Assembly (NCBI GenBank): GCA_037190965.1 | Contig: JBBCKI010000066.1 | Coordinates: forward strand, 1-63,282 | DNA from: Chthoniobacteraceae bacterium | Lineage (GTDB): Bacteria; Verrucomicrobiota; Verrucomicrobiia; Chthoniobacterales; Chthoniobacteraceae | DNA length: 63,282 nt | Direction of reading: 5' to 3' | Part shown: one piece after another, positions 29,220 to 38,081 of the stretch | Numbering within the stretch: position 1 is the stretch's first letter | How the letters are laid out: each line of letters opens with the position of its first letter | Made by a program: the position numbers and the translations under genes | Notes under the pieces: generated by a model | The model's database searches: none | Seen by the model: the letters and a program-made list of their open reading frames with translations, nothing else | Told to the model about the DNA's origin: nothing

Positions 29220-30239
29220 GTGGGTAAAACATCGCTTTTCGTCACCGTTGCCGTTCTTGCGGCAACCCTTTTTCCCGAGCCTCATTGGGCTCGAGGGATG
29301 ACCGACGAAGAAAAAAAAGACGCCTTTCTCCAATCGCGCGGCAGACAAACTTCGGGCCCAACCGCACCGCCCCCCGTCCACGCGCCCCCCTCCAAACCGA
29401 CCCCGGCAAAAAACACCTCCTCGTCGGCTAAAACCCAGGCAAAAAACAAGAAGAAGGCAAAGCCAAAGGCGGCTCCCAAAAAGCCAAAAAGCTCGACGGG
29501 CTCGGCCGGTTCAACCGAGAAGCGCCCATCCTCCCCTTCTTCGACCCCCTCCAGACCCGCGCCCACTCCCACCCAGCGTCGGGAGATTCCACCGAAGCCC
29601 TCCCCCACTCCGGGATCGCGCCCGGAAACGAAGAGCGCGGTGGTCATCGAGAAATCGGGCTTGGCGGATACCGACGAAACCGTCCCGCCTCCCGCTCAGG
29701 AGAAACGGGGCTGGTTCCTCTTCAAGCGCTCGCCGCAGTACAAATACCTTACCCCCGCCGTCCGCGCCGCCATCGACAAAGCGCCCGTAAAGAAGCATCG
29801 CTGGCTCTACATCGTCGTGCATAACTCCGGCACCCGTCAGGGGAACGCCAAAGCGTTCGATTACTACCACCGAAACGTCCGCAAGATGCAGAATGGCCTC
29901 GCGTATCACTTCGTCATCGGGAATGGCACCTCCTCCGGCAACGGCGGGATCGAGATCGGTCCCCGGTGGCGTCAACAGATCAATGGCGGCCATGTCCGCT
30001 CGGATTACCTCAACAACATTGCGCTCGGGATCTGCCTTGTGGGCGATTATAATCGGGATAAACCGACCCAGCAGCAACTTGAAGCCTTGGAAGAACTGAT
30101 CCGCTATCTCCGGACCCGCGTGGGAAAAACCAACCGCAAACAGGCCACCGTCAAAACGCACAAGGATATCAACCCCGTGCCGACCGACTGCCCTGGCGAC
30201 CGGTTCCCCTACCGCTGGTTCTATAGCCGGTTCGATTAA
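29220..30239 (+). CDS. Secreted N-acetylmuramoyl-L-alanine amidase (Amidase_2/PGRP-like) with a Pro/Lys/Ser-rich linker
   Basis: Signal peptide, then IVVHNS, LAYHFVIGNG, GICLVG and H.D....TDCPG. Start taken at GTG 29220. Confidence 0.88.
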   Translation: MGKTSLFVTVAVLAATLFPEPHWARGMTDEEKKDAFLQSRGRQTSGPTAPPPVHAPPSKPTPAKNTSSSAKTQAKNKKKAKPKAAPKKPKSSTGSAGSTEKRPSSPSSTPSRPAPTPTQRREIPPKPSPTPGSRPETKSAVVIEKSGLADTDETVPPPAQEKRGWFLFKRSPQYKYLTPAVRAAIDKAPVKKHRWLYIVVHNSGTRQGNAKAFDYYHRNVRKMQNGLAYHFVIGNGTSSGNGGIEIGPRWRQQINGGHVRSDYLNNIALGICLVGDYNRDKPTQQQLEALEELIRYLRTRVGKTNRKQATVKTHKDINPVPTDCPGDRFPYRWFYSRFD

Positions 30240-30257
30240 GAAGAGAAAAACCGCCGC

Positions 30258-31148
30258 ATGGACGCACCGGCTCCAGAGCATCTCAAAATTGGAATCACGG
30301 GGATCTCCGGATTTCTGGGAAACAGGGTTTCCGAGATCGCCGCCCGCGCGGGGCACCACGTCTGCGGCTTTTCCCGCGATCCCCATACCGAAGTGCCCGG
30401 TTGCCTCGAGATGCGGGAATTCGCCCCGGGCCTGATCGACGTCACCGGGCTTGACGCCATCATCCATCTCGCGGGTGAATCGGTCTTCGGCGTCTGGACG
30501 CCCGCCAAAAAGGAGCGCATCCTCGCCAGCCGCCGCGACGGCACCCGCACGCTAGTCGACGCGATCCTTGACGCCCGGCGCGCAGGCCACGGCCCCTCAA
30601 CCCTCGTCAGCGCCTCCGCCATTGGTTTCTACGGTGATACCGGCGAAAACGAAGCCGATGAATCGGCGCCCGCCGGACATGATTTTCTCGCGGAGGTGTG
30701 CAAGACATGGGAACGCGAAGCTCTCAGGGCGGAAACGGAAGGCGTCCGCGTCGCGATTCTCCGCTTCGGCATCGTTCTGGGTCGGGAAGGCGGCGTTCTC
30801 GGAAAACTGCGCCCGCTCTTCCTCCTCGGGCTCGGGGCGAAGCTCGGCGACGGGCGGCAGTGGGTATCATGGATTCACGCGGGCGACGCCGCCAACCTTG
30901 CCCTCCTCTGCGCCACGGACCCGAAGGCCAAGGGGATCTACAACGCGGTCGCCCCCCACCCCGTTCGCAATGACGAATTCACGCAAGCGGTCGCCCGCAA
31001 GTGGCACCGCAAGGCATGGTTAAGCGTCCCCTCCTTCGCCCTCAAGGCCGGCCTTGGTGAGTTCGGCCAAACGCTCCTGCAAAGCCAGCGCGTCATCCCC
31101 CGCCGCGTTCAGGAACTCGGGTACGAATTTCACTATCCGAAGCTATAA
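30258..31148 (+). CDS. TIGR01777-family NAD-dependent epimerase/oxidoreductase
   Basis: ITGISGFLG, IIHLAGE, SASAIGFYG, RFGIVLG and GDGRQWVSWIH motifs. Confidence 0.93.
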   Translation: MDAPAPEHLKIGITGISGFLGNRVSEIAARAGHHVCGFSRDPHTEVPGCLEMREFAPGLIDVTGLDAIIHLAGESVFGVWTPAKKERILASRRDGTRTLVDAILDARRAGHGPSTLVSASAIGFYGDTGENEADESAPAGHDFLAEVCKTWEREALRAETEGVRVAILRFGIVLGREGGVLGKLRPLFLLGLGAKLGDGRQWVSWIHAGDAANLALLCATDPKAKGIYNAVAPHPVRNDEFTQAVARKWHRKAWLSVPSFALKAGLGEFGQTLLQSQRVIPRRVQELGYEFHYPKL

Positions 31149-31185
31149 ACGGCGACACAGCGGGATCCTTCGCTTTCCGCTGATC

Positions 31186-31479
31186 TCAACGCCCCGGCAG
31201 CCAATTGCGCGAGGCATAGTCATAAAGCACCCCCACCAACAGAATCGCCAACCACAGATAGGCCGCGCCCGCAAAGACCAACACCTCGCGGCTGCCATAG
31301 CGGACGTGCATGAAAAACATCACGATCAGCGCCGCCTTCGTCACGGCGATCGCGAGCGCCACCGCGAGCGATAACCGCCCCAGGTCAAACTGCGAAGCAA
31401 GAATCGTGAGCAGCAGGAGCACCATCAATGCGCCCCATACTTTGGCAAAAGTCCGGAGGGTGGGAGATGAAGGATGCAT
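31186..31479 (-). CDS. Cytochrome c oxidase subunit IV (caa3 type)
   Basis: Three TM helices with IA..KAALIV.FFMHV; last gene of the cox cluster. Confidence 0.88.
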   Translation of the reverse strand: MHPSSPTLRTFAKVWGALMVLLLLTILASQFDLGRLSLAVALAIAVTKAALIVMFFMHVRYGSREVLVFAGAAYLWLAILLVGVLYDYASRNWLPGR

Positions 31480-31484
31480 AAATT

Positions 31485-32207
31485 TCAGAGCCGATGCCCG
31501 GCAAGATAAAGAAGCGGGAAAAGGAAGACCCAGACGAGATCGACGAAATGCCAATAGAGCCCGGTGTTGCGGACGGTGTTCAGCGAGATCCCCTGCGGCT
31601 TGCGCAATAACCACGCCAGCCCGGCTAGCAGGATGACGCCGATGGCCACATGCAGCGCGTGAAGCCCGGTCATGACAAAATAAAGCCAGAAGAATAGTTC
31701 CTCATGCCCCGGCACCGGCCCGCCCCCTTCCGACAAGGCGCCATAATAGCCGCCTCCCGGCCGGGATACAGGCTCAAGCTGCGCGGTGAACCCAGGCAAA
31801 TAACCTTCACCGATGACCATGCTATACTCCGTCCCTTTGATCACGAGGAACACCACGCCCATCAGCGCCGTCACCGCCAACGCCAACGCCGCCGCGCGGT
31901 GGCGTCCCTGCTCGGCAAGGAGCACCCCGGCGGCCATGATGAAGCTGCTCGTCAGGAGCACTCCGGTATTGATGCTCCCAAGCACAATCTCCAAATGGCG
32001 GCTCGCCTCTTCCACAACCCCGGGGTAGGACCAACGCACATAGGTATAGCCCATGAATATCGCGCCGAAGAAAAGAACCTCCGTGGCGAGGAAGACCCAC
32101 ATCCCCAGCGTCGCCGCATCCTCCTGCTGTTCCCGTGTGACAAAATGAGAATGCAGCCGTTCCGTTTCGCGAACGTTCTTCGTCGGCCCTATGCGTTCAT
32201 CGTCCAT
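31485..32207 (-). CDS. coxC: Cytochrome c oxidase subunit III
   Basis: GMWVFLATEVLFF, NT.VLLTSS, MTGLHALHV and GLYWHFVD motifs. Confidence 0.95.
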   Translation of the reverse strand: MDDERIGPTKNVRETERLHSHFVTREQQEDAATLGMWVFLATEVLFFGAIFMGYTYVRWSYPGVVEEASRHLEIVLGSINTGVLLTSSFIMAAGVLLAEQGRHRAAALALAVTALMGVVFLVIKGTEYSMVIGEGYLPGFTAQLEPVSRPGGGYYGALSEGGGPVPGHEELFFWLYFVMTGLHALHVAIGVILLAGLAWLLRKPQGISLNTVRNTGLYWHFVDLVWVFLFPLLYLAGHRL

Positions 32208-32211
32208 GGTA

Positions 32212-33837
32212 TTAGTCGATCGGAGGAGGCGCGGCGGGGCTTGGGTAATCGTAGACCTTCCCGCTTCCGTCCGGAATGCGTTCAAAGTTATGCGTGGGGG
32301 GTGGAGAGGGCACCGTCCATTCCAACCCCGACGCATGCCACGGATTAGCTGGAGCTCGAGCCCCACGCTTCAATGACCAAAGCAGATAGACCAACGGCAG
32401 GAGATAACCAACGCCGAGAATGCTGGCTCCCGCTGTCGACAGGATATGATAGAATTGAAACTCATCGGGGTAGGTGTGGTAACGGCGCGGCATTCCAAGG
32501 TACCCCATCACAAACTGCGGAAAGAATGTCAGATTGAACCCAATGAACGCGACCACCGCGGCCAGCCGCCCCATCAGCTCGGGGTACATCCTGCCGGTGA
32601 TCTTGGGCCACCAGAAATGAAGTCCGCTCATGAAAGCGAGCACCATGCCGCCCACCATGATGTAATGAAAATGCGCGACAATGAAATAGGTATCTGTCAC
32701 ATGCACATCCACCGCCGTCGCCGCGAGAACCAGCCCGGTCAATCCACCCGCCGTGAACAGCCCGAGAAAACCGAGCGCATAAAGCATCGGTGTGTCAAAG
32801 GAGATGGACCCTTTGTAAAGCGTCGCCGTCCAGTTGAAGACTTTGATCGCGGAGGGAATGGCGACAAGATAGCTCAGGATCGAAAACATGAACCCCGAGT
32901 AAATCGACTGCCCGCTGACGAACATGTGATGGCCCCACACCAGAAACCCGAACACCGCGATGGCCACGCTGGCCCCCGCGACAAAAGGGTAGCCAAAGAG
33001 CTTCTTCCGCGCAAAACAGGTGATCACCTCGCTCACCACTCCCATCCCCGGCAAAATCATGATGTACACGGCGGGAGGGGAATAGAACCAGAATAGGTGT
33101 TGAAAGAGCACCGGGTCGCCGCCCTGCGCGGGATCAAAAATCCCGATCCCCCAGAACCGTTCCATGGCGATCAGGAACAACACCATCGCCAGCACCGGCG
33201 TCGCAAGCACCAGAATGAGGCTCGTGGCGTAGAGCGTCCAGACAAAGAGCGGAAGGCGGAACCACGTCAGGCCCGGCGCGCGCAGCTTGTGCGTGGTGAT
33301 GATAAGATTGAGGCCCGTCAGGATCGATGAAAACCCGGCAATGAAAACCCCCGCCACCATCGTCACCACCTGCGGGTTTGCATAGGTCGTGCTGTAAGGG
33401 GTGTAAAAAGTCCATCCCGTATCGACGCCTCCCTCAAGAATGGCATAGAGCGCGACAACCCCTCCGGTGATGAATAGATACCAGCTCAACAGATTCAACC
33501 GGGGAAAGGCCACATCGCGCGCGCCCACCATCAGCGGAAGCACGAAATTTCCCATTACCGCAGGAATGGAGGGGATCAGGAAAAACCAAACCATGATCAC
33601 TCCGTGCAGCGTAAACATCCGGTTATACATCTCCGAGGAAAGGAGATCACCCCGGGGAGTGACCAGATCGAGCCGGACCAATGCCGCCGCGAACGCCCCG
33701 ATGACGAAGAACACCAGGATCGTTAATAAATAGAGCACCCCGATCCGTTTGTGATCGGTCGTCAACAACCAGGACCGCAGCGTATGCTTGGTCAGGTAGT
33801 TATTTTCTCCTGTCGGCGTTTCTTCAGTCGCCTTCAT
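32212..33837 (-). CDS. coxA: Cytochrome c oxidase subunit I (A2 type), with the helix-VI CuB His replaced by Pro
   Basis: TDHKRIG, LHG, GWTFY.P, VWGHHMF, HFHY and GMPRRY are present. Helix VI reads [10 protein letters not shown] instead of YSHP.VY. Confidence 0.93.
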   Translation of the reverse strand: MKATEETPTGENNYLTKHTLRSWLLTTDHKRIGVLYLLTILVFFVIGAFAAALVRLDLVTPRGDLLSSEMYNRMFTLHGVIMVWFFLIPSIPAVMGNFVLPLMVGARDVAFPRLNLLSWYLFITGGVVALYAILEGGVDTGWTFYTPYSTTYANPQVVTMVAGVFIAGFSSILTGLNLIITTHKLRAPGLTWFRLPLFVWTLYATSLILVLATPVLAMVLFLIAMERFWGIGIFDPAQGGDPVLFQHLFWFYSPPAVYIMILPGMGVVSEVITCFARKKLFGYPFVAGASVAIAVFGFLVWGHHMFVSGQSIYSGFMFSILSYLVAIPSAIKVFNWTATLYKGSISFDTPMLYALGFLGLFTAGGLTGLVLAATAVDVHVTDTYFIVAHFHYIMVGGMVLAFMSGLHFWWPKITGRMYPELMGRLAAVVAFIGFNLTFFPQFVMGYLGMPRRYHTYPDEFQFYHILSTAGASILGVGYLLPLVYLLWSLKRGARAPANPWHASGLEWTVPSPPPTHNFERIPDGSGKVYDYPSPAAPPPID

Positions 33838-34790
33838 CGTGCCCCCTCCTGCCGTGGTTCTTTGCCAAGGCTCTTTAAATAAGCAATCACGGCCAGCAGA
33901 TCCTCTTCGGAGAGGCGCCCCTGGTAGGAAGGCATCACGGGAGCATAGCCATGCACGATCTCGGAATTCGGCAGCATGATCGAATCGCGCAAATACCGGT
34001 CATCCGCCACGACCATCTTCCCGCCCTCCAGAGGAACCACCGATCCGTAGAGCCCGTTCAGGTCTGGCGCGCGCACCACGGAGTTTCCCAAAGGCCCGGC
34101 ATGACAGCCGCTGCACCCCAGTTCCCGGAAACGTCGCGCCCCCACCAGCACGGGCCCTTCCTCCTGATGCCCCGTGACCAGCCATTGCTCATAGTCCGGC
34201 CGGGACATCACCCTCACCCGGCCAATCATTCGTGAATGATCCGTGCCGCAGTATTCCGCGCAGAAAAGATGAAAATCTCCCGTCCGGGTAGGGACAAACC
34301 ATTGCGTCGTCAACCAGCCGGGAAGCACATCCTGCTTGATGCGAAAGGCCGGGATAAAGAAACTATGGATCACGTCCTGAGAAGTCATGAGAAGTTTCAC
34401 CGGAACCCCCACCGGCAGATGAAGCTCGTTGATCTCCCGCTTTCCCTGCGGGTGCTGCACTTTCCACATCCATTGTTTTCCGATTACGTGGATCTCCATC
34501 GCATCCTCGGGAGGATGCCGCTGGCGAAAGTAAATCGCCGCGCTCGCGCCAAAAAGAAATAGTGAGACGAGCAGCGGGATGAGCGTCCAGGTCAACTCCA
34601 GCTTGAAGCCGCCCGAATCTCGAATACGCCGATTCGTCGGGTTGCCCCGCCTATAGCGAAAACAGAAAAATAGAATCGGCCCCGCCGTCACCAGCAGAAA
34701 GAATACGGTGACGCCCATCAGCCAAAGCATGAGATGATCCACCTCGCCCGCGCCCAGCGAGGCTTGATCGGGCAAAAGCGGGAACTTCAT
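33834..34790 (-). CDS. coxB: Cytochrome c oxidase subunit II with fused cytochrome c
   Basis: DVIHSF, CuA motif [12 protein letters not shown] and C-terminal CSGCH. Confidence 0.96.
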   Translation of the reverse strand: MKFPLLPDQASLGAGEVDHLMLWLMGVTVFFLLVTAGPILFFCFRYRRGNPTNRRIRDSGGFKLELTWTLIPLLVSLFLFGASAAIYFRQRHPPEDAMEIHVIGKQWMWKVQHPQGKREINELHLPVGVPVKLLMTSQDVIHSFFIPAFRIKQDVLPGWLTTQWFVPTRTGDFHLFCAEYCGTDHSRMIGRVRVMSRPDYEQWLVTGHQEEGPVLVGARRFRELGCSGCHAGPLGNSVVRAPDLNGLYGSVVPLEGGKMVVADDRYLRDSIMLPNSEIVHGYAPVMPSYQGRLSEEDLLAVIAYLKSLGKEPRQEGAR

Positions 34791-34802
34791 AAGCCCCCGG
34801 AT

Positions 34803-35699
34803 CTATTCCTGCTCGTTGAGCCGGTTGCGTTTGGCGCGGTTCGCCCGGACCATCAAAAACGCGAGGCCCACGAGGGTTCCGAAGGTTAGATATCTTACCG
34901 CTCGGATGACGGCATCGCCCTTATCGGAGCCCGGGGAGTCACGAAAGCAGAGCATCAAAAGTCGTTGGGCAGGCGACAACGCTTCGTTCCGGGCTGCCGT
35001 ATCGAGCGCCTTCTCCAGGTCCCCCGCGGAGAAAGCAACGCCGAAGAAGTAACTGGAGATTCGCCCGTCGGGCGTCGCCACGAGGAATCCCGCCGGATGC
35101 GCGAACTCCTTTGATTCGGGGTCGTATCGATAGTCGAAGCCGATCCGGTTCGCGAACTCCGAAATCGCGCCGCTTGCCCCTCGCAAATAGGCGCATCCGT
35201 TCTCGGCTCCCGGCCTGCCGTAGCGTTTCAGCCAGGCGCGCTTTCGCGACAAAGCCGCCGCCTGCTGCTCGGCGGGATCGATGCTGACATACACAACGCG
35301 GAAGTCCCGCCCCGCCGTTTTGCGGGTTCCCTGCAAGGCGCGGATCAACCCATCGCTCAAACCACTGCAAAGCGTCTCGCAACGGAAATAGCCCGGCACG
35401 ACAATCACCGGCAGCGCCGGTTTTCCCTCGAAGTATTGTTGCAGCCGGACCGTCGCGCCTTGATCATCCGTGAATCCGACATTCAGCGGCAACTGCCGTC
35501 CCGGGTATTGCCGGAACTCGATCTGCTTGAGCTCTGCCTGCGAAAGGGCGTGAGCCTCGTTCACGCCGTTCCAGAAAACGAGTATAAGCAAAAAGCATCC
35601 CGACACCGCTCGAAAGGCCTGTTTCAAGCCTCCCGGCAGCGGGACACCTCCCACGAGTGTTGCACCCTTTGCCCGGCATTCTCCACCTTCTTGTTTCAT
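34803..35699 (-). CDS. SCO-family copper chaperone
   Basis: YFRCETLC (CxxxC), VSIDP and FAHPAG motifs with a C-terminal TM helix. Start uncertain. Confidence 0.88.
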   Translation of the reverse strand: MKQEGGECRAKGATLVGGVPLPGGLKQAFRAVSGCFLLILVFWNGVNEAHALSQAELKQIEFRQYPGRQLPLNVGFTDDQGATVRLQQYFEGKPALPVIVVPGYFRCETLCSGLSDGLIRALQGTRKTAGRDFRVVYVSIDPAEQQAAALSRKRAWLKRYGRPGAENGCAYLRGASGAISEFANRIGFDYRYDPESKEFAHPAGFLVATPDGRISSYFFGVAFSAGDLEKALDTAARNEALSPAQRLLMLCFRDSPGSDKGDAVIRAVRYLTFGTLVGLAFLMVRANRAKRNRLNEQE

Positions 35700-36169
35700 G
35701 GCAAACTCCTTTCCGCGTTCCCCCCTGCGCCTTGCAGGACGCGTTGCTGCATGATTTCTTCCCAAGTCGGCCCGGCTGACTTTTCCGGTCCCGATCCTTC
35801 GCCCACCGGCAGGCCACGTTTTACCAGAAGCTCCATCGCCCGGTCGATGGGAATTCGTACCTCCCCTTTTTCCCGGTCGACCCATCCGTAGCGCGTCAGC
35901 ATTGCCTCCTCCCGAGCACGAAGCGCTGCCAGGTCCTCCGGCGGACGCACCTGCAACCGGGGCGGCGGGAACTTTCTCTGAGTGGTGGCCACCGAAGGGA
36001 GAATCGGCCCTTCGCGGCGCCGCGTATGTACCGAAAGCGCCTGATAATAGAGCGCCGCCACGATGCTGCAAAAGATCAGCCCCAGCACCAGCATCGCCGC
36101 AACGAGACCGACCCCGCCGGAATCGACATCGACGGGTTCATAGCCAGGCTCTTGTCCGGAAGGTGTCAT
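35696..36169 (-). CDS. Small membrane protein of ACIII/oxidase clusters
   Basis: GYE..D, one TM helix, PP.PRLQ..P and YGWVD...G.VRIPIDRAM, a pattern seen between actF and SCO. Confidence 0.75.
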   Translation of the reverse strand: MTPSGQEPGYEPVDVDSGGVGLVAAMLVLGLIFCSIVAALYYQALSVHTRRREGPILPSVATTQRKFPPPRLQVRPPEDLAALRAREEAMLTRYGWVDREKGEVRIPIDRAMELLVKRGLPVGEGSGPEKSAGPTWEEIMQQRVLQGAGGNAERSLP

Positions 36170-37266
36170 GAGATTGCCACCTCGGGTTGCTCCAGACGAG
36201 GGTCATTGCGCGGTACCGGCAAGGCGCTGCGCCACCCGTGCCAAAAGAAGGCAGCCCAGATCACTCCCACCGCCGCTGGAACCAGCACGTCCGTCCAGCT
36301 CCAATGAAACGCCGGGTAGAACGAAGGCGTGACTACCCAGAAAAGGAAGACAGCCTGCGAAACCCAGATCCCGGCGGCCACCATCGCCAGCACGCGGGGC
36401 GCATGCTTGGGCCCCTGAAAAAGCAGCACCGCCGCAGGCGCAAAAAAGCAAAAAGCCCCCACCGCCATCGCAAGCCCTTGCCAGCCGCCCACGCTCCTCT
36501 GGCGGTACCAAAGCGTCTCCTGAGGCAGATTGCCCGACCAGATCACAAGCAGTTGAGAAAATGCCACATAGGCCCAAAAGATCACGAACGCGAAGAGCAG
36601 CTTACCCAGATCGTGCCATGCCTGCGAGGTCGCCATCGCTTCGGCCTCCCCCGTTTTCGGCAGAAGCAGGAACACCGCCACCGCGCCCGAGAGCGCCATG
36701 AGCGCCTGCGTGGACATCATGATCCCGGGGAACATCGTGGAGCGCCAACCTGGTACGAGTTCCATCAGCCAGTCGGTCATCGCAAAGCTCACGCTCAGGA
36801 AATAGAGCACGAGGCCCGGCCCGCTGATCATCCGCATCTTCCGCGTCGGGCGGGGATCCTCCGAGCGATCCTGCAGCAACGACCGTCTCCGTAGCGCCCA
36901 GGCCAGCCCGATCCAGATCCCGAAATTGAGAGCGGAACGAAACGCAATCCAGCCGGGCTCGAAATAACCATGCCCCTGCCGAAGCGCGGGACTCCCAAGA
37001 AAGAAGATGAAGAACAGAACCGCCAGCAAGGGCAGCGGAACAACCGCCGCCTCCAGAATCCGCCGTACCATGAACCCCCAACGTCCACCCGTGAGATGAT
37101 GCGTCATCAAAAACGCCAGCGCCCCCAGCGACATGCTGAGCCAGAGAATGAATGCATAGAAAAGCGAGGGAAAGAATAGGGCGCGATTCACCGCATCGGC
37201 AGCCACGCACGCCGCCGCGCCCACCGCGATCAGTCCCCATGCAGGTCGAGTCATTGCCGTGTTCAT
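36166..37266 (-). CDS. actF: Alternative complex III membrane subunit ActF
   Basis: HHLTGGRW, DWLMEL.P.W.ST, HDLGKLLFAF..FWAY..FSQ..VIW.GNLP.E..WY motifs. Start moved to ATG 37266. Confidence 0.9.
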   Translation of the reverse strand: MNTAMTRPAWGLIAVGAAACVAADAVNRALFFPSLFYAFILWLSMSLGALAFLMTHHLTGGRWGFMVRRILEAAVVPLPLLAVLFFIFFLGSPALRQGHGYFEPGWIAFRSALNFGIWIGLAWALRRRSLLQDRSEDPRPTRKMRMISGPGLVLYFLSVSFAMTDWLMELVPGWRSTMFPGIMMSTQALMALSGAVAVFLLLPKTGEAEAMATSQAWHDLGKLLFAFVIFWAYVAFSQLLVIWSGNLPQETLWYRQRSVGGWQGLAMAVGAFCFFAPAAVLLFQGPKHAPRVLAMVAAGIWVSQAVFLFWVVTPSFYPAFHWSWTDVLVPAAVGVIWAAFFWHGWRSALPVPRNDPRLEQPEVAIS

Positions 37267-38078
37267 CGTTTCTCCAGTAGTTCGCGGTTCTCCGGCGGCA
37301 CATCGTCGAGTCGCGCATTCTGGCTGAGTTGCAGCGCGCGGATATACGCCGCGATCGCCCAGCGATCCGCAACGGAAACGCGATCCGCATAGGGCGCCAT
37401 CACGCCATACCCGCGCGTCATCACCCCAAAGAGATAACCGGGAGGTACCGCGCGAAGCCGCTCCTGATGAAACGTCGGCGGCGCGGGAAAGCCGCGTTGT
37501 GGAATCATCCCTTCGCCATCCCCCGCTCGCCCATGGCAAACCGCGCAAAAGATATTGAACCGCTCACGCCCCCGGGCCAGCGTTTCCAATGTCACCGGCT
37601 CTGGAAAGCCCGTCACGAGACGCCCATCTCTCTCCCCCTGCCAGAATGCGGTGTCCTCGTGCAACGCGCCCCGGGCCACCGTCCCCGCGACGGGCCGCCG
37701 CGCCGTGGAACCGTCTGCAAAAAAGTCCGACTCCTGCAAAGGCTTGATCCGTCCGTCAGTCTGCATCGCCTTGCGACACCCGCAGAAAAGAAGCGCGATC
37801 AAGCCTAGAACTATGATCCTGAGAATTGTGTCAATCCTCGAGCAAGTTGATGCTTTGAGAAGGAATGCGGAGACGAGCGCCTTCGGCGTTACCGGCGTCG
37901 CGGAGCTCCGCCCTCCGTCTGGGGCGCTACCGCGCCGCGCCTTCGCCCTGCGCGCGCTTGTTGCGCGGTCGTCGGAGGGCGGAGCTCCGCGACGCCGCCA
38001 TCGGCCGCAGGCCCACTCTTTTGCCTTCCCCCAAGCCACCCCACCCCGACGGGGCCTTTGCTGTAAGTCTTGTCTCAT
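37263..38078 (-). CDS. actE: Alternative complex III monoheme cytochrome c lipoprotein ActE (start uncertain)
   Basis: Lipobox-like LFCGC, FF.DG...R.PV.GTVARG, RGRERFNIFCAVCHG and DRWAI..YIRALQ. The 5' part of the ORF contains repeat DNA. Confidence 0.85.
   Translation of the reverse strand: MRQDLQQRPRRGGVAWGKAKEWACGRWRRRGAPPSDDRATSARRAKARRGSAPDGGRSSATPVTPKALVSAFLLKASTCSRIDTILRIIVLGLIALLFCGCRKAMQTDGRIKPLQESDFFADGSTARRPVAGTVARGALHEDTAFWQGERDGRLVTGFPEPVTLETLARGRERFNIFCAVCHGRAGDGEGMIPQRGFPAPPTFHQERLRAVPPGYLFGVMTRGYGVMAPYADRVSVADRWAIAAYIRALQLSQNARLDDVPPENRELLEKR
37893..37997. repeat. Palindromic repeat family B, copy 2
   Basis: Perfect 25-bp IR CGGCGTCGCGGAGCTCCGCCCTCCG (37893-37917) / CGGAGGGCGGAGCTCCGCGACGCCG (37973-37997). 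Confidence 0.88.
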
Positions 38079-38081
38079 CCG

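Noticed and set aside
29340..29700. Pro/Lys/Ser-rich low-complexity stretch
   Set aside because: Ordinary disordered linker of a secreted amidase.
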